A stretch of 34,712 nt of DNA from an uncultured Candidatus Saccharibacteria bacterium. GTDB taxonomy: Bacteria > Patescibacteriota > Minisyncoccia > Phycocordibacterales > CSBR16-119. The stretch covers positions 1-34,712 of the forward strand of contig CAZPVH010000006.1 of NCBI GenBank assembly GCA_964589975.1. Direction: 5' to 3'. Below the pieces are notes generated by a model, which ran no database searches, had not been told where the DNA came from, and was given only the letters and a program-made list of their open reading frames with translations. Both the position numbers and the translations under genes were made by a program. The number at the start of each line of letters is the position of its first letter. The stretch's first letter is position 1. Shown one piece after another: positions 8,929-17,140 of the stretch.

Positions 8929-9552
8929 TTATTCTTTCTCTATGTGTATTTTGGGATTGATACGATACCCAGATCCTTTCTTTCCTTGAATGAGTTTTGT
9001 TTTCTTTGGAAGTCTTAGGGTGTTGATCGCATAGTCATTAAAAGTTTGAACAATTTTTGCTACAGCTGATGATGAAAGCATTACCTCAAGTTCTTTTGTC
9101 TTTACATATGTACCACGGTCAAGAAGTATTTCAAGCAACTGCTTTCTTTTACCGTTTTCAGTGAGATCGTATGAAAAAAGTTTGCCACCTAGGTGTCTAT
9201 CGAGTGATCCGTTTCTTGTATCATAAATAATTACATTGCTGTCTTGGCTTGAAGATAAAAGTCGCTTGTGGTTTTTGTTTAGTTCTTGAAGTTCTTCCAA
9301 GATGTCATATTCAACAGGACGACGGTATACGATTTCAGGATATTCTACTGGTTCAAAAAGTTTTACTTGTTCTCGAACACGATTCATTTGTTCAATGATA
9401 GGCTGGGCAATTTTTCTCACATTTTCAATCATTTCGGCATGTTTTCTTCCAATTTCTTGGAATTGAGAAATCTGCCCCTCACTCAAAGCAGGGGGATGTA
9501 TTTTTACCACCAGTTCACCGACAGTCATTGGTTTTTTCTGGTCATTTTCCAT
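8929..9552 (-). CDS. Hypothetical protein with a probable C-terminal winged-helix DNA-binding domain
   Basis: 207-aa ORF with a leaderless TGcTATGAT promoter 6 nt upstream; C-terminal LLEILL...AVAKIV...GKKGSGYRIN resembles a wHTH wing. Confidence 0.6.
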   Translation of the reverse strand: MENDQKKPMTVGELVVKIHPPALSEGQISQFQEIGRKHAEMIENVRKIAQPIIEQMNRVREQVKLFEPVEYPEIVYRRPVEYDILEELQELNKNHKRLLSSSQDSNVIIYDTRNGSLDRHLGGKLFSYDLTENGKRKQLLEILLDRGTYVKTKELEVMLSSSAVAKIVQTFNDYAINTLRLPKKTKLIQGKKGSGYRINPKIHIEKE

Positions 9553-9610
9553 AAAGACATCATAGCAAATACTTGCTTTTTTGTATAGAGTAATTTATAC
9601 TATTTATACC
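9553..9610. promoter_or_regulatory. Divergent promoter region of the wHTH gene and the LexA-like gene
   Basis: Plus strand TTGCTT (9573-9578), 17 bp, TATACT (9596-9601); minus strand TG-C-TATGAT (9567-9559). Inverted repeats AGCAA-N4-TTGCT and GTATA-N8-TATAC. Confidence 0.55.
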
Positions 9611-10228
9611 ATGACAAATAACCTTAGTGATAAAGATAAAAAAGCATTTGCCCTTATCCGTAATAAGATTGTTCACTATGGCAAAAGCCCTACGCTTAGC
9701 GAGATTAATGAGGTTACAGGTGGAGCTTCTCCACGATCTGCAAGCCTTGTAATTAATCGACTAATCGATGCAGGACTTATAAAGAAAATCGGTCGACAGC
9801 TTATCCTTACCGGATCACAAACAACAGCTTCAATAAGCACTGTTGATGTTCCCTTGGTAGGTGCTGTGACATGTGGTACCCCTGTTCTTGCTGAAGAAAA
9901 TATTCAAGCTTTGATTCCTGTATCAACAGGTCTAGCTAAAAAGGGTTCGAAATATTTTCTTTTGCGTGCAATTGGAGACTCTATGAATCTTGCAGGAATT
10001 AATAGCGGTGATCTGCTTTTGATTCGACAGCAAGACACAGCAGAAGATAATGATAAAGTTGTTGCTCTTATAAATGACGAAGCAACCGTCAAAGTGTTCA
10101 AGAAAGCGAATGGTGCTGTTGTACTTCAACCGAAGTCAACGAATAAAAACCACAAGCCGATTATATTAACAGATAATTGTATCATCCAAGGGGTAGTCGT
10201 TGCTGTGCTTCCTGGTGATTTATATTAA
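9611..10228 (+). CDS. lexA: LexA-family autocleaving repressor (wHTH plus peptidase S24)
   Basis: SPTLSEI...SPRSASLVINRL wHTH, predicted cleavage site VTC/GTP, catalytic GDSM Ser and ATVK Lys. Element-borne, so not necessarily the host SOS repressor. Confidence 0.88.
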   Translation: MTNNLSDKDKKAFALIRNKIVHYGKSPTLSEINEVTGGASPRSASLVINRLIDAGLIKKIGRQLILTGSQTTASISTVDVPLVGAVTCGTPVLAEENIQALIPVSTGLAKKGSKYFLLRAIGDSMNLAGINSGDLLLIRQQDTAEDNDKVVALINDEATVKVFKKANGAVVLQPKSTNKNHKPIILTDNCIIQGVVVAVLPGDLY

Positions 10229-10232
10229 ATTT

Positions 10233-10472
10233 ATGGCAAAGAAGAATATACATACCGTATTTAACAAAGAAAGAAAAATGTGGGAGACAAAAAAAGAGGG
10301 ACAAGAAAAACCTTTAGTCTCTTCTCATACTAAAGAAAAAGCATTAGAAAAATCTATAATCGAGGCAAAGAAGAATAAGGTTGAGCACGTTATTCATAAC
10401 AAGGATGGGAAAATATCAGATAAGGATAGTTATGGAAAAGATCCTAATCCTCCTAAAGATAAAAAGAACTAA
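10233..10472 (+). CDS. DUF2188 family small protein
   Basis: HTV...WETKKEG...TKEKA...VIHNKDGKI..KDSYGKDPNPPKD pattern. Confidence 0.8.
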   Translation: MAKKNIHTVFNKERKMWETKKEGQEKPLVSSHTKEKALEKSIIEAKKNKVEHVIHNKDGKISDKDSYGKDPNPPKDKKN

Positions 10473-10475
10473 TTT

Positions 10476-11276
10476 ATGAAAAAGACTCAACAGCCCATAA
10501 AAAGACCCGCAAACCTATCTTATGATGAGATGAAAATTGCTATTCCAAAAATTGAAAGAAGGATTCAAGATCTAAAAAATTTTGATATCAATTCTGTTTC
10601 AAAGCAATTTAGTCCTGAAGTTAAAGCGCTAGAAACTAAGCTTGAGCAATTTCTTTCAGATTTATATTCTCCTGATACGGTTGAACACGATAAATACAAT
10701 TGGAGTCTGACAAATATTGATTGTCAGACAATGAATATGATGTACGAAACTCCTCTGCACGAGGTCCGGCATGCAATAACAGAAAATATAGCTAGAGCGA
10801 TCTCTGTACTAGAGGCAATCAAGGGTCATTTTTCTGAAACACTTGAAGATGCTGGTGTGTTGGGATCTGTAAAGCCAATTAAGGCATATGAGGGACTTGA
10901 ATTACATCCTGCTATAGCTAAAGCTTCTAGTAATTTATATAAAGATGGTCACTATGCCAATGCTGTTGAAGATGCTGTAAAAGCATTAAATGCGTTAGTT
11001 AGATTAAATAGTGGTGTGGATGATAAAGATGGAACACAGTTAATGGAATCAGTTTTTAGCCCTAAAAACCCGATTCTTAAAATTAATAATCTTATCGATC
11101 AATCTGATATTGATGAGCAAAAAGGTTTTATGAATCTTTTTTCTGGAGCTGTTTCTGGCTTAAGAAACCCAAGAGCCCACAAAATAATTAAAGATGATGC
11201 TGAAATGGCACTTGAATTCATAGCTTTTATTAGTCTTTTGGCAAAATTTGTAGATAGATCTGTAAAAGTAAATTAA
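10476..11276 (+). CDS. TIGR02391 / Ymh-domain protein (HEPN-like, RxxxxH)
   Basis: C-terminal LHPAI...GHYANAVEDA...DGTQLMESVF...EQKGFMNLFSGAVSGLRNPRAH. Confidence 0.82.
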   Translation: MKKTQQPIKRPANLSYDEMKIAIPKIERRIQDLKNFDINSVSKQFSPEVKALETKLEQFLSDLYSPDTVEHDKYNWSLTNIDCQTMNMMYETPLHEVRHAITENIARAISVLEAIKGHFSETLEDAGVLGSVKPIKAYEGLELHPAIAKASSNLYKDGHYANAVEDAVKALNALVRLNSGVDDKDGTQLMESVFSPKNPILKINNLIDQSDIDEQKGFMNLFSGAVSGLRNPRAHKIIKDDAEMALEFIAFISLLAKFVDRSVKVN

Positions 11277-11283
11277 TTTAACT

Positions 11284-12579
11284 ATGGATGAAAAGAAGAA
11301 TTATTTCATTAAGTTTTTAACTCGATATCCTGAGCTTTTAAAAAAGGCGACTGGTTTAGATAATGAATCATTTTCAAAACTAGAATCTAGCTATCTGTCA
11401 AAAGTAAAATCAAAGGAAAGATATATATACGATGCATGTTTAAGACTTCAACAAGTTGGCTTTTTCTATATAAGAGCTGATGACCTAATTAACTCTTCAA
11501 AAAAGGATGATTTTACTACTGATACTGGAATTAATCTTGCCTTATCTCTAGAAAAGGAGCTGATGCTCTGGTTGCGTTCGTTGCACGAATTATTTGTATA
11601 TAGTTTCCTTTTTAGATCCACAAATTCAGATAAGTATTTCAGATATTATTTTCTATCTAGGGCACTTGAAGCTTTTGCTAAACGAGCAAAAAACAAAAAA
11701 GAGTTTTTTGGAATGGATAATTTAAATGAGAATGAGCAACCAATAAACAAAATATTAAATGAAATAAATTTATTAGAGTCTGGTGGTGGTATTAAAAATG
11801 CTAAGATATGGTTTGTAAAAGAATCAAAACTCAAAAGTCGGTTTATCAGTACTTTTAAAAGAAGAGAATTTAGTGATATTGGGGATTCTTACAGATCTTT
11901 ATTTAAAAAGGTGTTACCTAAACTGGCTCCTTCTCAGCGTATAGCACTTGGTCTTGATTATGGATACTACAGTGAACTTAGTGAGGCAATCCACAATAAT
12001 ATAGGAGGACCTAAAAAGTCCGTTGTTTACAGTAAAGATTATTTTGATGCATACCTACAAATATTACCTCTTGTCGCAGGTCATATAATTTTAAATCTTA
12101 GTAAAATACTAAAGAAAAAAACACCTGACCAGTTAAAAGATCTTGAGAAGATTTTAATAAAAGGTTTTGATAATTCTATCTATAAACTAAACAAGAAAAA
12201 ATTATCTAAATCTGATTACGTATTAGTAAATGGAATCACACTCGGACGTGTATTAAAAGTTATTAATACAAAATATGGTTATCAGTCTGTTTTAGTCGAA
12301 CATATTGATTCTAGTGGATGGAAGCCAGGCGAAGAAGTCTTTTCTTCGGATAAGATAATATGGTTATTTGATCAAAGCAAAATAGAAAAGGATTTCAGGA
12401 AAATTTTAAATGAACATGGGACTAAAGTGAGAATTTCAAAAGATAAATTAAATAAATTACTAGATGAAAGTGTGAATAATCTTTGGCATAATATGGGTGC
12501 AAAAGAACATTTTTTCGGAGACAAGGAGGGTGCATTAAGGAAGATAAATGAAAGTATGAAAAGTAACACGGTGGTGTAA
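11284..12579 (+). CDS. Hypothetical protein, very AT-rich; weak DUF5677/HEPN-like YxxLSxxxH motif
   Basis: 431-aa ORF, operonic with the Ymh gene (7-nt gap); contains YYSELSEAIH. Confidence 0.6.
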   Translation: MDEKKNYFIKFLTRYPELLKKATGLDNESFSKLESSYLSKVKSKERYIYDACLRLQQVGFFYIRADDLINSSKKDDFTTDTGINLALSLEKELMLWLRSLHELFVYSFLFRSTNSDKYFRYYFLSRALEAFAKRAKNKKEFFGMDNLNENEQPINKILNEINLLESGGGIKNAKIWFVKESKLKSRFISTFKRREFSDIGDSYRSLFKKVLPKLAPSQRIALGLDYGYYSELSEAIHNNIGGPKKSVVYSKDYFDAYLQILPLVAGHIILNLSKILKKKTPDQLKDLEKILIKGFDNSIYKLNKKKLSKSDYVLVNGITLGRVLKVINTKYGYQSVLVEHIDSSGWKPGEEVFSSDKIIWLFDQSKIEKDFRKILNEHGTKVRISKDKLNKLLDESVNNLWHNMGAKEHFFGDKEGALRKINESMKSNTVV

Positions 12580-12618
12580 CTTTTTATACTCAAACCTGTG
12601 TCACTTTTGTCACTTTTT

Positions 12619-12789
12619 ATGAAGCAAGAATATAAAAGAAATCCCAAAAATTGGACTAAGGAAGAAACCGATAGAGTGGTGGCAGTTTTTCAGTGGCTAT
12701 TAGAACAAGATAAAAAACAGAATCCAGATAGATATAAACTGCCGAAAGGAGTTGTATTGGATAAAGACGGAAATCAAGTAATTTTATAG
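12619..12789 (+). CDS. Small hypothetical protein (56 aa) next to attR
   Basis: ATG at 12619 after a T-rich leader; MKQEYKRNPKNWT...FQWLLEQDKKQNPDRY. Confidence 0.55.
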   Translation: MKQEYKRNPKNWTKEETDRVVAVFQWLLEQDKKQNPDRYKLPKGVVLDKDGNQVIL

Positions 12790-12859
12790 GTGCTCAAAGA
12801 CCATCGAAATGATAAGATAGGAGTATTAAAAATGTCCTTACAGGGCTTGACCGACCACG

Positions 12860-12884
12860 GTTCTAGCTCAAGACGGCCAGCAAA
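12860..12884. repeat. attR of the integrated element (P arm CTAGCTCAAG-ACGGC, CA crossover 12878-12879, B' arm GCAAA)
   Basis: Inverted counterpart of 37-49 (12 of 13 positions) plus the 7-bp direct repeat CAGCAAA. Confidence 0.75.
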
Positions 12885-12902
12885 AGATTATTCTTTTTGA
12901 AA

Positions 12903-13670
12903 ATGAAAGATATTTTATTCATGTGGCAAGATTTAATCGGAGCAATTATAGGAGCTTCTGCACCCTTTATTTTATGGTGGTTTGCAGGAAAATATAGCCG
13001 CTATAATAGACGCAAAGAAGATTTATACTATCTCCATAGAACTATTGCAGATCAAATAAATACGCTTCTTGATACTAGAGATACTATTACAAAATTTATT
13101 AACGAAAAACTAACCCAGCTTATCGATAAACCTCGACCAGAGAATGACACTCAATATTCTGTTGACTTAGCATTCTTCCCTCTATTCTCTTCTCATCCTC
13201 TTGGAGATGACGTACATGTAAAGAGTACTGGCAGTGGATATGTAGATAATAAAATTGCTAGGGCTTATAAACTGTCAAAAGATCTACCCTACATAATTGA
13301 CGATTTAAGGCGACAATTTAAAGAGACTCTGGACTTTAATAGAGAAATTTCTTTCAATAAACTTAATCCTCCGCCATTCCAGAGAGCCAGCTATCTTAAA
13401 GATGTTAGTGAATACAGAAAGGTTCTTATAACAGAAATGTTGCAACAGAATATACCGATTTCGCTAAAAATTCTAAGTGAAGCCCTGGTCTCAATTGTCG
13501 AACTCCGAGAAATTGGACTAACTCGCTGGAAACTAAAATTCGATACTAGATATAGGTTTTATCTAACAAAGTCTAAGCAACGAACAGCCGCAGAAAAAAC
13601 TTATGAAAATATTGATTCGTACCTAAAACCTAAAGTAACCAAGCAGCTAGAAGCTTTTAGTAGTTCTTAG
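12903..13670 (+). CDS. Hypothetical protein with an N-terminal membrane anchor
   Basis: AT-rich ORF of about 255 aa with hydrophobic LIGAIIGASAPFILWWF. Confidence 0.6.
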   Translation: MKDILFMWQDLIGAIIGASAPFILWWFAGKYSRYNRRKEDLYYLHRTIADQINTLLDTRDTITKFINEKLTQLIDKPRPENDTQYSVDLAFFPLFSSHPLGDDVHVKSTGSGYVDNKIARAYKLSKDLPYIIDDLRRQFKETLDFNREISFNKLNPPPFQRASYLKDVSEYRKVLITEMLQQNIPISLKILSEALVSIVELREIGLTRWKLKFDTRYRFYLTKSKQRTAAEKTYENIDSYLKPKVTKQLEAFSSS

Positions 13671-13852
13671 AACCCTTTCCAGTTCACATCTTACCCTCCG
13701 ACTTCAAAAAAGCGATCAATATCGAGAAGAAAGCGGCGGGTAAAAGGTCAGGTACCTTTTATTTATATTATGTTGCTAAAAATATCTTTAAATGGTATCC
13801 ATATCTCGGTACTAGTCCTTTGATTTAAACCTAACCCTCTAACCAAACAGAC

Positions 13853-14683
13853 ATGTTTGTTCGTGTAGCGAAAAACGCATTTGCCCACCTTCTTTGGAGA
13901 TGGATTCTCCGGAAGAATGGCCAGTTTATTGCCTGGCTTGATCTATTCTACTTGGGACCAACTCGTGGAATGAATGACTATGATGACCTTGCCTCAAACT
14001 ACAAGGGATCAAACGTCAAACCCGACAAGATGTACTCGATCCTTCCGACTGTCCTCCAAATGGTCGGAGACTGCCGAGGAAAAACCGTCATTGATCTGGG
14101 ATGCGGTACAGGATTTTTCACACTTCCTCTGGCGGAAGCTGGGGCGTCTGTCGTCTGTGGTGTCGACAATTCTCTTTCGCAAATCAATCTAGCGAAAGCG
14201 ACATCTCCTCACCCGAAAATCAGCTACTCTGTCGGCGACATATTCGAGCAGCATTGTGGTCCCGCTGACATCATCAATGCTCCGTTCGTTGCAAACTATG
14301 CGCGGACAATCCCGGTGCTCAAACATTTCCTCGGACTTGTCTTCAACTCACTCAGAGAAGGAGGCAAAGCCGTGTTTGTCATCGATCTGCCAAACGGAAA
14401 GAGCCTGAAGAGATTTGGTGCCACAAAGACCTTTTTGGGACCGAGGGCTGATGAGACGAATATCCGGATAGATCTCTTCAACGAAGAGAAGAAGATCTGC
14501 TCCCTTATCGGTGTGTATTACCATCCCGAGACGATGGAATCTCTACTACTTGAGGTGGGCTTCCGGACGGTTTGCTGGCACAAGCCAATCGTTTCCAATG
14601 AGGGAATCCAATTGCTCGGCAATGATTTCTGGAAAGGATACACGGATGATCCTGAGCTCGGCTATCTGACTGCCCTGAAGTGA
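13853..14683 (+). CDS. Class I SAM-dependent methyltransferase (start may be ATG 13970)
   Basis: VIDLGCGTGFFT motif I, VCGVDNS, GDI; followed by a terminator. Confidence 0.88.
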   Translation: MFVRVAKNAFAHLLWRWILRKNGQFIAWLDLFYLGPTRGMNDYDDLASNYKGSNVKPDKMYSILPTVLQMVGDCRGKTVIDLGCGTGFFTLPLAEAGASVVCGVDNSLSQINLAKATSPHPKISYSVGDIFEQHCGPADIINAPFVANYARTIPVLKHFLGLVFNSLREGGKAVFVIDLPNGKSLKRFGATKTFLGPRADETNIRIDLFNEEKKICSLIGVYYHPETMESLLLEVGFRTVCWHKPIVSNEGIQLLGNDFWKGYTDDPELGYLTALK

Positions 14684-14716
14684 AGACCGCACCTATCGAA
14701 TGGTGCGGTCTTTTTT
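14683..14716 (+). terminator. Intrinsic terminator
   Basis: AAGACCGCACC-N8-GGTGCGGTCTT followed by TTTT. Confidence 0.85.
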
Positions 14717-14757
14717 ATTTCCTATATTCCAACACATCCCCTGGCTGGCGGTCGAGC

Positions 14758-14785
14758 AAAAAGAAAGCCCCATTTATGGGGCTTT
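14758..14785 (-). terminator. Intrinsic terminator for the minus-strand pspC-like operon
   Basis: AAAGCCCCAT-TT-ATGGGGCTTT with an A tract on the left. Confidence 0.7.
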
Positions 14786-14799
14786 GGCGTTGTTCTGTG

Positions 14800-15078
14800 C
14801 TAGAGAACAACCGCCACAGGATCTTTCCTTTCTTTCTCATATTGGTAGTACTCCGCTCCTTCAGCTGACACCATGATCCACGCGACCCACTTGTCGTAGG
14901 ACGGCTTATCAGGCCAAACCGTCACGCTGATGAAGTCGCCGTTTTCCATCTGAAACAAAGTCGCCACATTCTGGCCAAGTCCCTTGGCAACGTCTCTGGT
15001 TATCCGCTCCCAGTCCATCTTGAACTTGATGTGCTTCTCCTCAGGGATTGCCCATCTATAGATCCTTACGATGCTCAT
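14800..15078 (-). CDS. Small protein, possibly dimeric alpha+beta barrel (ABM-like)
   Basis: Start placed at MSIVRIYRW, 23 nt after the pspC stop; beta-alpha-beta pattern with F.SVTVWP.K.SY..W. Confidence 0.5.
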   Translation of the reverse strand: MSIVRIYRWAIPEEKHIKFKMDWERITRDVAKGLGQNVATLFQMENGDFISVTVWPDKPSYDKWVAWIMVSAEGAEYYQYEKERKDPVAVVL

Positions 15079-15101
15079 GTGGATGATTTTTCTCTTGTCA
15101 G

Positions 15102-15353
15102 TTACGCGGTCCTGCTGTTGTAGTCTTTTGGATCCTTGGCCCATTCTGGCCCGAAAGCCCAAAATAGGATATAGAACCAAAACAACACCTGCCCGATATA
15201 GGCGGTCCAGTCGTTCGTCAGGACGAGAACAAACAAAACGAAGAATATCCGAACAAGTGTGACCGGCAGACCGTAGGCGTAGGCTATACCTCCGCAAACA
15301 CCACCAATCAATCCTTCTCGGTTAACCGCTTTCAAGGGCTTCCGTTGTTTCAT
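15102..15353 (-). CDS. pspC: PspC-domain membrane protein
   Basis: LIGGVCGGIAYAYGLPVTLVRIFFV...YILFWAFGP PspC signature; start placed at MKQRK. Confidence 0.85.
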   Translation of the reverse strand: MKQRKPLKAVNREGLIGGVCGGIAYAYGLPVTLVRIFFVLFVLVLTNDWTAYIGQVLFWFYILFWAFGPEWAKDPKDYNSRTA

Positions 15354-15602
15354 TATAGAGTGCTGTTTTTGGTTTTGGCTCGTGTTTTCTCTAAATGCAG
15401 AATCGAGCTTTGTGTCCACATTTAGAGATACTGTACAGAAGTAATGAGTTTTGTCAATATACACCTATATTTATCTACTAAATTCAATTGACTTTCCACC
15501 GCTCAATAAACTAAGATAGTTATCCGTCTAATTCAATTTAGACGTTTAGTTCTTTTAAAGAGCAAAAGCTCTGGAACTCACCAAACCATTAACCAAAAAA
15601 AT

Positions 15603-17021
15603 ATGAAAAAGTACGTCACACAGTACCCTAAGGTCACGCAGTACGTTGGAATCCTCGCTCTCTTTGCCGGGGCGGCAGTGCTTAATGCGCTGAGTCCATT
15701 CATACTGGGGCACATGCCAATAGAAACGAAAGCGCTTCTGGAGACATTTTGGATACTTTCGCTCGTGCTTGGTTTCGGTTGGATCTGTTCTGAGCTTTCA
15801 AAAGGCACGATCTTCCCGCCTTTCACCCTACAGCTGGCAGTGAGCATCGTTTTGCATGACGCTTTTAGTCCGCTGACACCGCAGACAATGGTCATCGTGA
15901 CGATCTGCTCCGTACTGGCTGCGATCATCCTGAAATCCGGAGGTGACGAAGTGGAGCGGAGACATTTTGCAAAAATAGCCGGACCGACAGTAGCACTGGC
16001 GACCGTCGGCTATTTTGTGAGTTTCTTCGTCACACTGGTTCTTTTGCTCGCGATAGGCATTGACGGCAAAACCGCGGCGCTACTTGCTGCGATCATCGGC
16101 TCGACTGACCCAGCCGCGCTCATACCGACGCTGAAAGGCGTTGCGTTCAGGTCGCAGTACAAGAATCTGGTAGACATCAGCATAGCCGAATCTGCCATCA
16201 ATGACGCCGTGGGTGCCATCTTTACCGGCGCAGTGATCATCATGGTCGCAAGCGGAGTCGACGTCGCCTCTATCGGAAGCGTCTTCTCAGGCGTCTTTGA
16301 GCCTCACAATATGGCGCACCTCGGCAGAGAGCTCGCGGTTGGAGCAATCGTCGGAGTCATCGGCTGGCGCATGATGCGCCAATACGAGAAGTTCAAGAGC
16401 GACAGAAACGAAACGAGTTACGACTTTTCAGCCGTGCTTGTTGTTCCAATCGTCGTGTTCGCGGTCGCCGTATTCTTTCATGGAAACGGCTTCCTGGCTG
16501 CGTTCATCACTGGACTCCTTGCCAACTACAACCACAGCAGTCCGCGTTTCGCAAAGACCCTAGGGATCATGGAAGCCAAGATTGACTCACTAGCCAAGCC
16601 CGCCATCTTCATGATGGCCGGACCGCTTGTCAGTATAGGAGACCTTTGGCAGAACGCGGGCATGGGACTCATCATTTCCCTCTTGTTCATCTTCGCGGTC
16701 CGACCGATTTCGGTCTTTGCGTCTATGTTGTTCATCCGGATAGTATCGTTCGGACGAATCAAGATGACCATAAAGGAACAATTGTTCCTCTGCAGCGTCA
16801 GAGAAACAGGCGTACTTCCGATCGTCCTGGCTGTGACTGCGGTTGCCGCATTCTCCGACCTCACGACCCTCATGCCGCTAGTCGCATGGGTGGTAATCTG
16901 GACATTGGTTATCCCGCCTGCGCTAACGCCATGGTGGGCGAAAAAACTCGGCCTAACCGAAGAACCTAAAAAGGAGAACCATGAAGAACCTGCTCTTTCG
17001 GGTGCTGCAGTGCTTGGATAA
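15603..17021 (+). CDS. Cation:proton antiporter, CPA1/NhaP type
   Basis: About 12 hydrophobic segments; STDPAA and ESAINDAVG motifs. Confidence 0.9.
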   Translation: MKKYVTQYPKVTQYVGILALFAGAAVLNALSPFILGHMPIETKALLETFWILSLVLGFGWICSELSKGTIFPPFTLQLAVSIVLHDAFSPLTPQTMVIVTICSVLAAIILKSGGDEVERRHFAKIAGPTVALATVGYFVSFFVTLVLLLAIGIDGKTAALLAAIIGSTDPAALIPTLKGVAFRSQYKNLVDISIAESAINDAVGAIFTGAVIIMVASGVDVASIGSVFSGVFEPHNMAHLGRELAVGAIVGVIGWRMMRQYEKFKSDRNETSYDFSAVLVVPIVVFAVAVFFHGNGFLAAFITGLLANYNHSSPRFAKTLGIMEAKIDSLAKPAIFMMAGPLVSIGDLWQNAGMGLIISLLFIFAVRPISVFASMLFIRIVSFGRIKMTIKEQLFLCSVRETGVLPIVLAVTAVAAFSDLTTLMPLVAWVVIWTLVIPPALTPWWAKKLGLTEEPKKENHEEPALSGAAVLG

Positions 17022-17107
17022 GTACGTCAACGAACCCAGAAATTTCCAGTACAAGTTCGGCTTCCATCTCCGGAAGAACTTGTTCTGAGAAAAACAACTC
17101 AGAAGAG

Positions 17108-17140
17108 AGACCCCCGCCATCCGTGGGGGTCTTTTTACTT
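17108..17140. terminator. Intrinsic terminator between the convergent antiporter and HTH genes
   Basis: AGACCCCC-N9-GGGGGTCT followed by TTTTACTTTT. Confidence 0.8.

Larger units (their letters stand above)
30..12884. mobile_element. tRNA-integrated, serine-recombinase-encoding element of about 12.85 kb with a terminase module and copper-resistance cargo
   Basis: Bounded by the reconstructed attL and attR. Contains a large serine recombinase, TerL, a TerS-like gene, ParB-MTase and a LexA-like repressor. Visibly AT-richer than DNA beyond about 13.85 kb. Confidence 0.8.

Noticed and set aside
4192-12789. Complete prophage
   Set aside because: No portal, capsid, tail, lysis or replication genes between the att sites, so it is reported as a capsid-less element.
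15079-15297. N-terminal extension of the 14800-15297 ORF
   Set aside because: Overlaps pspC in another frame; the plausible protein starts at 15078.
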